From assembly GCA_038749735.1 (NCBI GenBank), contig JBCDHS010000008.1:5797-69796 (forward strand): a DNA stretch of 64,000 nucleotides. The letters are read 5' to 3'. Position numbers and translations under genes: made by a program. Under the pieces are notes generated by a model. The model made no database searches and was not told where the DNA came from. It saw nothing but the letters and a program-made list of their open reading frames with translations. Below, piece after piece: positions 56,511 to 64,000 of the stretch; positions within the stretch are counted from its first letter, which is position 1, and every line of letters begins with the position of its first letter. Source of the DNA: Planctomycetota bacterium (GTDB lineage: Bacteria > Planctomycetota > Phycisphaerae > Phycisphaerales > Phycisphaeraceae).

Positions 56511-58691
56511 CTAGCCGACGTCAATCAGGCCCAGCGACTCGCCATAGCTCTGCAACAGGACCTTGCGGAGCGCGGCGTGTTCGGGGGCGCTTAGCCGCCA
56601 GTCCCGCTCGATCATGGCCTGGGCGTCCTGTCGGGCGAGGGCCAAGAGGTCCATATCGTCGGGGATGACGGCCGTCCGCAGCGGCGGCATCCCCGACTGC
56701 CGGGTGCCGAAGAAGTCGCCCATGCCACGGATAGCCAGGTCCTGCTCGGCGATTTTGAACCCGTCGCTGGTCGCGGCGATCGCCTTCATACGGGCCTCCG
56801 CGTCCTCGGTCGTCGGGTCGGCGATGAACACGCAGAGCGGGCGTCGGGTCGAAGCGCCCCGCCCGATCCGGCCGCGCAGCTGGTGGAGCTGGGACAAGCC
56901 AAAGCGTTCGGCGTGCTCGACAATCATGACGCTGGCGTTGGGCACATCCACGCCGACCTCGATCACCGTCGTTGCCACCAGCAACTGGGCCTGCCCGGTA
57001 CGGAAGCGCTGCATGACCCGTTCCCGCTCCTCACGCGGCAATCGCCCGTGCACCTCGACCACCTCGTAGGGGGGGCCAAGCTTCTGCCTCAGGGTGGTCG
57101 CGGTGTCGGCCACGTTCTTGAGCATCGCGCCCGAGTCCTCGGACTGCCCAGGCCCGTCGATGACCGGGACGACGACGTAGGCCTGCTCCCCACGCGCGAG
57201 ACGGGCCTTGAGGTACGCGTACACCTCGTCAATCTTCTCCGGCCCGACCACGCGGCTCTGGATCGGGACCCGGCCCGGGGGTTTGCCGGTAATCGTCGAG
57301 ATATCCAGGTCGCCAAAGATCGTCAGGGACAGGGTCCGCGGGATCGGTGTTGCGGTCATAACTAACTGGTGGGGCACGCGCAATCTGCCCTGCTCATCGG
57401 TCTCGCCGGCCGAACGCAGCCGGGCCCGCTGCATCACGCCGAACCGGTGCTGTTCGTCGACTACCGCCACCGCCAGCTCTTTGAACCTGACCGCCTGGGT
57501 CACCAGCGCCTGCGTCCCCACCACGATGTCCGCCTCGCCCGAAACGATTTCTTCAAGCAATGCATTGCGTGCCGCACTGCCCGACGCCCCCTGCCCCGCG
57601 GTCAGCAGCCGGACACGGATCGACGAGCCTTTCAACATGCTGGAGATCGAGCGGTGGTGCTGCTCGGCGAGCAACTCGGTCGGCGCCATCATGGCCGCCT
57701 GCTTGCGCTGGGCGACCGCGGCAAGCATGGCATAGAGGGCGACAACCGTCTTGCCCGATCCGACATCGCCCTGGACCAGCCGGTTCATGGGTTGGGACTG
57801 GGACAAGTCGTCACGCAGTGTTTGGATGACCTTGTCCTGGCTGGGCGTCAGGACAAACGCGAAGCGCTCCCGGATGTGTCGATCAACGGCGTCGCTGACC
57901 AGGATTGCCGGGGCGGCCTGCCGCTGATGGACATAGGCCCGCTTCATCGCGATCCCGAGTTGAAGCAGCAGCAATTCGTTGTAAGCCAGCCGCCGCCGGG
58001 CCGCCAGATGATCCTCCGGCTCGGTCGGCCGATGGGCCTGGCGAAAAGCGGTCGCCAGGTCAGGCATGTTGTGCGCCGCCAGCAACTCGGCGGGCAACGG
58101 GTCTTCGAGCTTGGGCGTCACCCGCTCGATCGCGGTTGCGATCAGCTTCTCGATCGCTGATGAAGGCAGGCCCTGGGTCGCGGGGTAGACCGGCCGTAGA
58201 CGGCCGGCCTTGCCCGGCTGCTCCTGGGCCTCGTCTTCGCTCATCAGCTCCCACTTCGGGTTGACCATCTGCGGATAGCCGCTAAAGAGCTTCGCCTTGC
58301 CGTGTACGCGCAGCGGCTGGCCGGGCCTGATCCGATCACGCAGGTAGGCGGCGTTGAACCATGTCAACAACAGCCCGCCCGAGTCGTCCTGGAGCGTGGC
58401 TTCGTAGCGCCCCTTCTTGCCGAACTGCCCGCCGACCCAGCGGGAGGCGGCGATGACGCCACGGGCGGACCCGACGGATTGGCCGTCCGCCGGCAGGTCT
58501 GCGATCAGGCCCTCGGCCGCCTCCGGTTCGTAACGCACCGGCAGGTGGCGTAGGAGATCCGTAACCGTATGGATCTCCAACCGTGCTAATAGCCCGGCCT
58601 TGGCCGGGCCGACGCCCGGCAGCTTCTTGACGCTCGCGCCGGGTCTCAGCGGTTCAGCATTACCTGCAGATGACTCGGTCAACTCAGACAT
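56511..58691 (-). CDS. recG: ATP-dependent DNA helicase RecG
   Basis: Wedge domain, GDVGSGKT, DEQH, MTATPIPR and QLRGRIGRG motifs; start revised to 58691. Confidence 0.96.
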   Translation of the reverse strand: MSELTESSAGNAEPLRPGASVKKLPGVGPAKAGLLARLEIHTVTDLLRHLPVRYEPEAAEGLIADLPADGQSVGSARGVIAASRWVGGQFGKKGRYEATLQDDSGGLLLTWFNAAYLRDRIRPGQPLRVHGKAKLFSGYPQMVNPKWELMSEDEAQEQPGKAGRLRPVYPATQGLPSSAIEKLIATAIERVTPKLEDPLPAELLAAHNMPDLATAFRQAHRPTEPEDHLAARRRLAYNELLLLQLGIAMKRAYVHQRQAAPAILVSDAVDRHIRERFAFVLTPSQDKVIQTLRDDLSQSQPMNRLVQGDVGSGKTVVALYAMLAAVAQRKQAAMMAPTELLAEQHHRSISSMLKGSSIRVRLLTAGQGASGSAARNALLEEIVSGEADIVVGTQALVTQAVRFKELAVAVVDEQHRFGVMQRARLRSAGETDEQGRLRVPHQLVMTATPIPRTLSLTIFGDLDISTITGKPPGRVPIQSRVVGPEKIDEVYAYLKARLARGEQAYVVVPVIDGPGQSEDSGAMLKNVADTATTLRQKLGPPYEVVEVHGRLPREERERVMQRFRTGQAQLLVATTVIEVGVDVPNASVMIVEHAERFGLSQLHQLRGRIGRGASTRRPLCVFIADPTTEDAEARMKAIAATSDGFKIAEQDLAIRGMGDFFGTRQSGMPPLRTAVIPDDMDLLALARQDAQAMIERDWRLSAPEHAALRKVLLQSYGESLGLIDVG

Positions 58692-58697
58692 CAACAG

Positions 58698-58763
58698 ATC
58701 GTAACCGTCCGGCCTGATCCACGCGGGCAGGCTGGGCCCGGACACGCTGCACTAGAATACAAT
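58698..58763. promoter_or_regulatory. Divergent -10 boxes: TACGAT (minus, recG) and TACAAT/TAGAAT (plus, gntR)
   Basis: TACGAT at 58703-58698 is 6 nt before the recG ATG; TACAAT at 58758-63 is 8 nt before ATG 58772. Confidence 0.55.
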
Positions 58764-58771
58764 CGTTAAAA

Positions 58772-59650
58772 ATGACCCTCTCCGACCGAATACAGCACGA
58801 ACTGATCGCTTTCTTCTCTTCACGAGAGCCGCTGCCCTTTCGGTTGACCCTGGCCGGCATCTCCGAGCACTTCACGGTCAGCCCGATGCCGGTGCGGGCC
58901 GCGGTCCAGTCCTTGGTCGATCAGGGGGTGTTGCGGAAGCAGGAGAACGGCCGGTTGGAGATCAATCCCGGCGCCCTGCCCAGCGAAGAGCAGGTTGCCC
59001 GGCGTGCCGAGCAGTTCACCGCCACAAACCTTGACCAGCAGATCACCAGCTACGTGGTGATGCAGGGCCTGACCCGCGACGAACACTACCTGCGTGAGGC
59101 GGCCACGGCCGAGCGTTTCGACGTCGGTCGCACCGTGGTCCGCCGTGTGTTTAGCCGGCTCTCGGGGCAGGGCCTGATCGAGCACGTCCCGCGCTGTGGC
59201 TGGCTGGTTCGGCCCTACCGCGAAGCGGACACGATCGACTACCTCACCGTCCGGGAGACCCTTGAACTTAAGGCGCTGCAGCTTGCACACGGCCGGCTCG
59301 ACCCAAGGACCCTCCAGACCATGCGGGACGCGAATCAGCCCGGCGATTCGACCGACGAGATCAAGCTGGATAATCGGCTGCACGACTACATCATCAATTG
59401 CTCGGGCAGCCGGTATATCCGCCATTTTTTTGATCGCAACGGTGCGTACTATGCGGCGATCTTCGACTACGCCGCACTCGAGCCCGAAGCCCGGCGTGAG
59501 ATGGCGCGCCAGCACCGGGATATCCTCGATGCCCTGATCGCTGAGGACGAACCGCAGGCCCGCCTTGCATTGTCGCAACACATCCTAGGTCAACGGTCTA
59601 ACGTCACGCGATTGATCGCTCACCTGGCCGAGCGAGCCGAGGTGGATTGA
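58772..59650 (+). CDS. GntR-family regulator with two winged-helix domains + FCD
   Basis: HTH1 LAGISEHFTVSPMPVRAAVQSL; HTH2 EAATAERFDVGRTVVRRVFSRL; FCD RETLELKAL...LHDYI...QHRDIL. Confidence 0.85.
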   Translation: MTLSDRIQHELIAFFSSREPLPFRLTLAGISEHFTVSPMPVRAAVQSLVDQGVLRKQENGRLEINPGALPSEEQVARRAEQFTATNLDQQITSYVVMQGLTRDEHYLREAATAERFDVGRTVVRRVFSRLSGQGLIEHVPRCGWLVRPYREADTIDYLTVRETLELKALQLAHGRLDPRTLQTMRDANQPGDSTDEIKLDNRLHDYIINCSGSRYIRHFFDRNGAYYAAIFDYAALEPEARREMARQHRDILDALIAEDEPQARLALSQHILGQRSNVTRLIAHLAERAEVD

Positions 59651-59722
59651 AGGCTACGCTTGAAATAGACATTGGACGCAAAATCAATTACGCTCGATCT
59701 AACCCACAGATGGAGGCCCACG

Positions 59723-60631
59723 ATGAAGGTCCAATGGAAAGGTGTCTTCCCCGCCGCGTGTACCCAGTTCAACGACGACGAATCGCTGCAAATCGAAGAA
59801 ACACTCAAACACCTCGACGCCATGATCGACAGCGGCGTGCACGGGATGGTCATGCTCGGCACCGTCGGCGAGAACTGCTCGTTGCTCTACGACGAGAAGG
59901 TCCAACTTCTCAAGGCAACGGTCGAGCATATCAACGGGCGGGTCCCGGTCTTGACCGGTGTGGCGGAATACTCGACCGCTTTGGCCTGCAAGTTTGCCAA
60001 GGACGCAGAGGCCGCGGGGGTCGATGGGCTCATGGTGCTGCCGGCGATGGTTTACAAGTCCGATCCGCCCGAAACGATCTATCACTTCAAAACGGTCGCG
60101 GCGGCTACCTCGCTGCCCATCATGATCTACAACAACCCGGTTTCGTATGGCATCGACATCAAGCCGGAAACCTTTAAACAACTTGTCGACGTTGACAATA
60201 TCGTCGCGATCAAGGAGTCCAGCGAAGACCCCCGTCGGATCACCGACCTGCGCAACGAGGTCGGCGACCGATTCACGCTTTTCTGTGGCGTGGATGACGT
60301 GTTCCTTGAGTCCTACGTGCTCGGGGCCGAAGGATGGATCAGCGGGCTGGTGAATGCGTTCCCGGCGGAGAACGCCTTGATCTGGGACCTGTGCGAGGCG
60401 GGCCAGTGGGAAGAGGCCCGTAAGGTCTATCAGTGGTACACACCGCTGTTGCATCTGGACACGTTGCCAAAGCTCGTGCAATACATCAAGCTCGCCTCAC
60501 AGGAATGTGGCTACGGCTCCGAGCGCTGCCGGGCCCCGCGGCTCAACGTCGAGGGCGAGGAGCGCGCGTGGGTGCTGGGGATCATCCGCAAGGCGATCGA
60601 GACGCGCCCGGCGATCCCGGCAGAGGCGTAA
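59723..60631 (+). CDS. DHDPS-family protein, probable 1-pyrroline-4-hydroxy-2-carboxylate deaminase
   Basis: LGTVGE, IMIYNNP and AIKESS motifs; lies in a hydroxyproline cluster; GGAGG SD. Confidence 0.85.
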   Translation: MKVQWKGVFPAACTQFNDDESLQIEETLKHLDAMIDSGVHGMVMLGTVGENCSLLYDEKVQLLKATVEHINGRVPVLTGVAEYSTALACKFAKDAEAAGVDGLMVLPAMVYKSDPPETIYHFKTVAAATSLPIMIYNNPVSYGIDIKPETFKQLVDVDNIVAIKESSEDPRRITDLRNEVGDRFTLFCGVDDVFLESYVLGAEGWISGLVNAFPAENALIWDLCEAGQWEEARKVYQWYTPLLHLDTLPKLVQYIKLASQECGYGSERCRAPRLNVEGEERAWVLGIIRKAIETRPAIPAEA

Positions 60632-60651
60632 ACTAAAACGAAGCGTTTTTT

Positions 60652-60721
60652 GGGAGTGCGAGGCTCAGGCCAAAGCGCATTGCCTCTGCGACGCGTGTCT
60701 CGGCGGGTGGCTCACCCCCCC
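60652..60721. repeat. Degenerate REP-like inverted element within the operon
   Basis: GGGAGTGCGAGGCTC ... CTCGGCGGGTGGCTCACCCCCCC form imperfect inverted arms. Confidence 0.35.
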
Positions 60722-60755
60722 GAACCCAATGACCCCACAAGATCAGGATGCCCCT

Positions 60756-62348
60756 ATGGCTGGCCCCGTATTGATTGCAGGCGAATGGCGCGAAGCAGAC
60801 GCTTCGAGCACATTCAAAGCGGTGAACCCTCGCACCACCGAAGCGATCCCCGGCGACTACCCGGTGAGCTCGTGGTCGGACCTGGACGCGATGCTCCAAG
60901 CCGCGGTCGAGTCGTACCGCGTGATGCGTTTGCTCCCGGCCGAGACGCTCGCGGCATACCTCGACCTGTACGCCTCGAAGATCGAGGCCCACATCGAAAA
61001 GCTGGCCGAAGTCGCGGACGAGGAGACGGCGCTGGGCAAGAGCCCGCGTTTTATGAACGGCGAGATCCCGCGCACCATCAATCAGCTCCAGCAGGCCGCC
61101 GCCGCCGCGCGGGACGGCTCGTGGTCCAGCCCAACCATCGACACCGGCACGAACCTGCGAAGCATCATGCGCCCGCTGGGGGTTGTGTGTGTCTTCGGGC
61201 CCAACAACTTCCCGTTCGCCTACAACGGCGTCGCGGGCGGCGACTTTGCCTCCGCCATCGCCGCGGGCAACCCGGTCATCGCCAAAGGCCACCCCAGCCA
61301 CCCCAGGACCTCACAGATGCTGGCCGAGTTGGCCTTTGAAGCGGTGCAGGAAACCGGCGGCATGCCGAGCGCAGCGGTGCAGTTTTTCCAGCACACCAGC
61401 CGGGACGACGGCATCAAGCTGATGGCCGACCCGCGCCATGCAGCGCTGGGTTTTACCGGCTCTCGGCCGGCGGGCATGGCGCTCAAGAAGGCCTGCGAAG
61501 ACCACGGCAAGCTCGCCTACCTCGAAATGTCCTCGATCAACCCGGTCGTGCTGCTGCCCGGTGCCCTGAGCGAAAACCTCGACTCGATCGTCGAGCAGTT
61601 CCTCGGCTCGGTGCTGCTCGGCTGCGGACAGTTCTGCACCAACCCGGGCCTGGTCTTGGGCCTTAAGGGTCAAGGCATCGATGCGTTTATCGCCAAGGTC
61701 ACCGAACAGTTCAACGCCAAGCCCGGCGGCACGCTGCTCAATGAGGCGGGCCAGAAGGGCCTGGCCGGGGGGATCGAGACGATCAAGTCTGCTGGCGCAA
61801 CCTGCGTCACCGAGGGGTCGGCGGGTGATGGGTTTAGCGTGCCCAACACACTACTGACGATCGACGGCGGCTCGTTCCTGGAGAGCCCCAAAGCCCTGCA
61901 GACCGAGGCATTCGGCAACAGTTCACTCGTCGTCATCGCCGACGACATCGACCAACTGCTGGCAATCGTCCGCACGCTCGAGGGCAACCTGACCGGCGGT
62001 GTCTACAGCGCCGAAGATGGCTCTGATGATGAGGCCTACGCCATGATCGAGCCAGACCTCTCCGATCGTGTCGGCCGGCTTCTCAACGACAAGATGCCGA
62101 CCGGCGTCGCGGTGGTCGCCTCGCAGAACCACGGCGGCCCCTACCCGGCGAGCGGGCACCCCGGGTTTACCGCCGTCGGCTTCCCTGCGTCGCTGAGGCG
62201 TTTTGCCAAGCTCACAAGCTACGACAACGTACGCCAGCACCGCCTGCCCGCCCTGCTGCAAGACGAGAACCCCGGCAACGCCTGGCGGCTGATCGACGGG
62301 CAGCCCACCCAACAGGACGTGCCAACCCCGGCAGCGGCCCCGGCCTGA
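60756..62348 (+). CDS. Aldehyde dehydrogenase, alpha-ketoglutaric semialdehyde dehydrogenase type
   Basis: FGPNNFPFAY, KGHPSHP, FTGS, EMSSINP, GQFCTNPG and NHGGPYPA motifs. Confidence 0.9.
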   Translation: MAGPVLIAGEWREADASSTFKAVNPRTTEAIPGDYPVSSWSDLDAMLQAAVESYRVMRLLPAETLAAYLDLYASKIEAHIEKLAEVADEETALGKSPRFMNGEIPRTINQLQQAAAAARDGSWSSPTIDTGTNLRSIMRPLGVVCVFGPNNFPFAYNGVAGGDFASAIAAGNPVIAKGHPSHPRTSQMLAELAFEAVQETGGMPSAAVQFFQHTSRDDGIKLMADPRHAALGFTGSRPAGMALKKACEDHGKLAYLEMSSINPVVLLPGALSENLDSIVEQFLGSVLLGCGQFCTNPGLVLGLKGQGIDAFIAKVTEQFNAKPGGTLLNEAGQKGLAGGIETIKSAGATCVTEGSAGDGFSVPNTLLTIDGGSFLESPKALQTEAFGNSSLVVIADDIDQLLAIVRTLEGNLTGGVYSAEDGSDDEAYAMIEPDLSDRVGRLLNDKMPTGVAVVASQNHGGPYPASGHPGFTAVGFPASLRRFAKLTSYDNVRQHRLPALLQDENPGNAWRLIDGQPTQQDVPTPAAAPA

Positions 62349-62357
62349 GGCGGCGCC

Positions 62358-63311
62358 ATGGGTAAGCAGATCGCGCGACTTGATGTGATTGACTCACACA
62401 CCGGGGGCGAACCGACCCGCCTGGTGATCAATGGCGGACCGGACCTTGGCCAGGGATCAGTTGCTGCGAAGCTGGAGGTGTTACGGCGTCATCACGACGG
62501 GATCCGCCGGGCTTGTGTCAACGAGCCGCGCGGCAGCGAGGCCATCGTCGGGGGGCTTCTCTGCGAGCCGCAAACTCCAGACGCCGCCGCGGGTGTCATC
62601 TACTTCAACAACGTCGGCTACCTGCACATGTGCGGGCACGGCACGATCGGCCTGGCGGTGACGCTCGCGCATCTCGGAAGGATCCAGCCGGGAGATCACA
62701 CGATCGACACTGCGGTCGGCCCAGTCGGGATACGGCTGCATGAAGACGGCCACACCGTCGGCATCCAGAACGTGCCCAGCTACCGGTACCGAAAGCAGGT
62801 CCCCCTCGACGTGCCGGGCCTGGGCACGATCCACGGCGACATTGCCTGGGGCGGCAACTGGTTCTTTCTTGTTTCGGACCATCGCCAATCACTAAGCGCC
62901 GAAAACATCAAACCGTTGACCGATGTCGGTTGGCGCATCCGTCGCGCACTGGAACAAGAGGGCATTACCGGTGAAGACGGCGGCGAGATCGATCATATCG
63001 AGCTCTTTGGCCCGCCAATCGACCCCAACCTCGCCGACGCGCAGAACTTTGTGCTGTGCCCGGGCGGGGCTTACGACCGCTCACCCTGCGGCACCGGCAC
63101 CAGCGCGAAGATCGCCTGCCTCGCCGCCGACGGCCAACTCGCCCCCGGGGAAACCTGGCGGCAGCAGAGCATCATCGGCAGCGTCTTTGAAGCGGCCTAC
63201 AGCCGGCTCGATCACGACCGAATCCAGCCGACCATTACCGGCTCGGCCTACATCAACGCCCAGTCCACCTTCCTGATCGATCCGGACGACCCCTTCGCTT
63301 GGGGTATCTGA
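62358..63311 (+). CDS. Proline racemase family, probable 4-hydroxyproline 2-epimerase
   Basis: [10 protein letters not shown]; both catalytic Cys motifs (MCGH and DRSPCGTG); [10 protein letters not shown] with an aliphatic residue typical of epimerases. Confidence 0.9.
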   Translation: MGKQIARLDVIDSHTGGEPTRLVINGGPDLGQGSVAAKLEVLRRHHDGIRRACVNEPRGSEAIVGGLLCEPQTPDAAAGVIYFNNVGYLHMCGHGTIGLAVTLAHLGRIQPGDHTIDTAVGPVGIRLHEDGHTVGIQNVPSYRYRKQVPLDVPGLGTIHGDIAWGGNWFFLVSDHRQSLSAENIKPLTDVGWRIRRALEQEGITGEDGGEIDHIELFGPPIDPNLADAQNFVLCPGGAYDRSPCGTGTSAKIACLAADGQLAPGETWRQQSIIGSVFEAAYSRLDHDRIQPTITGSAYINAQSTFLIDPDDPFAWGI

Positions 63312-63353
63312 CCGGCCCAAGAGCCATGAGCCGTGCCACGGGCCTGCCTTATC

Positions 63354-63998
63354 TCACCGAGACATCGCACGTATTTCTTTTGCGATCCGTTCGACCGACG
63401 GCAGGTACTGCGCGCCAAACATCCGGCAGTGCTGGAGCATGGTGATCAGCCAATACACTCGGCAGCGCCGCTCGAAGCCCGGGCGGACGCGATGTGTCTT
63501 GCCATAGACGTTGAAGAAAGGGTCACCGGCGGTCTTGAACAGCCGGAGATAGGCCAGCTCGTACTCCGGGTCCGCGAAACTGGCATGGCCATCAATGTAG
63601 GCCTGGATACGCGGCTGATCGGGGTGTGCGTCCGAGATCAGGATGTTGTTGGCCCAGAGATCGCCGTGGATCAGGGTCGGCCTTGCGGGCGAGTCCGATG
63701 AAAGCCAGTAGGCCAGGTGGTCACACACATGGTCCACAACCTCACGCAGAGACGAGGGCAGCATCGAACGGGTCTGCCCGACCTCCCGTTCCACGCTCGG
63801 CCGATAGTAGTCCAGCCAGGTCTCATGTCGGTCTTCATCGTTCACGGCTGACCCAAAGCTCTCGGCGGTGTGGCTGTGCAGCTCGATCAGGTGACTGGCC
63901 AGCTCGGTCTGAAAAAAGGCGTTGCCACGCCGGCTGATATGGGCCGCCTCCAGGGTCGTCCCCGGGATCTTCTGCATGAAGAGGACCGCCCCGTCGAA
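63354..63998 (-). CDS. Fructosamine kinase-family protein (5' end outside the window)
   Basis: LIHGDLWANN and SFADPEYELAYLRLF motifs; the frame stays open to the window edge. Confidence 0.82.
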   Translation of the reverse strand, partial: FDGAVLFMQKIPGTTLEAAHISRRGNAFFQTELASHLIELHSHTAESFGSAVNDEDRHETWLDYYRPSVEREVGQTRSMLPSSLREVVDHVCDHLAYWLSSDSPARPTLIHGDLWANNILISDAHPDQPRIQAYIDGHASFADPEYELAYLRLFKTAGDPFFNVYGKTHRVRPGFERRCRVYWLITMLQHCRMFGAQYLPSVERIAKEIRAMSR

Positions 63999-64000
63999 GG

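Noticed and set aside
1-64000. CRISPR arrays, tRNA or rRNA genes, integrases, intact transposases, defence systems
   Set aside because: Reading both strands by eye showed no regularly spaced repeats, T-loop/cloverleaf signatures, rRNA motifs or recombinase motifs. tRNAscan-SE and Infernal would be needed to exclude them formally.

Overview
High-GC bacterial chromosome segment, most consistent with a Planctomycetota (Phycisphaerae-like) genome. The inference rests on two sulfatases, an FTLIELLVV prepilin-type protein, an ECF/FecR cassette, DUF1080 and HTH-acidic-TM proteins. It holds about 55 real CDS, mostly housekeeping or metabolic: glnS, gltX, ugd, a sulfite/nitrite reductase, ispG, manA, sthA, miaB, psd, glxK, tadA, recG and a hydroxyproline catabolic cluster. 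No rRNA, tRNA, CRISPR array or intact transposase was found. Highlights: (1) a ~190-nt intergenic element at 17767-17956 that folds into a long closed multi-stem structure ending in a U-tract, a candidate 6S-like or new ncRNA; (2) about ten genes with a -10 hexamer 6-7 nt before the start codon and no SD, suggesting widespread leaderless mRNAs, including very tight divergent pairs (glxK/tadA 37 bp, glnS/gltX 53 bp); (3) a nested repeat at 56171-56476: a 132-bp MITE with 16-bp TIRs and a TTA duplication, inserted in a palindromic repeat and carrying a REP doublet; (4) an oxidoreductase + TIM-barrel + DUF1080 + sulfatase module resembling non-hydrolytic glycoside cleavage; (5) an FtsB/DivIC-like protein; (6) an AT-rich insertion in GluRS; (7) an unannotated Tat-SGNH pseudogene. 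All family calls are by motif recognition only; no database searches were run.
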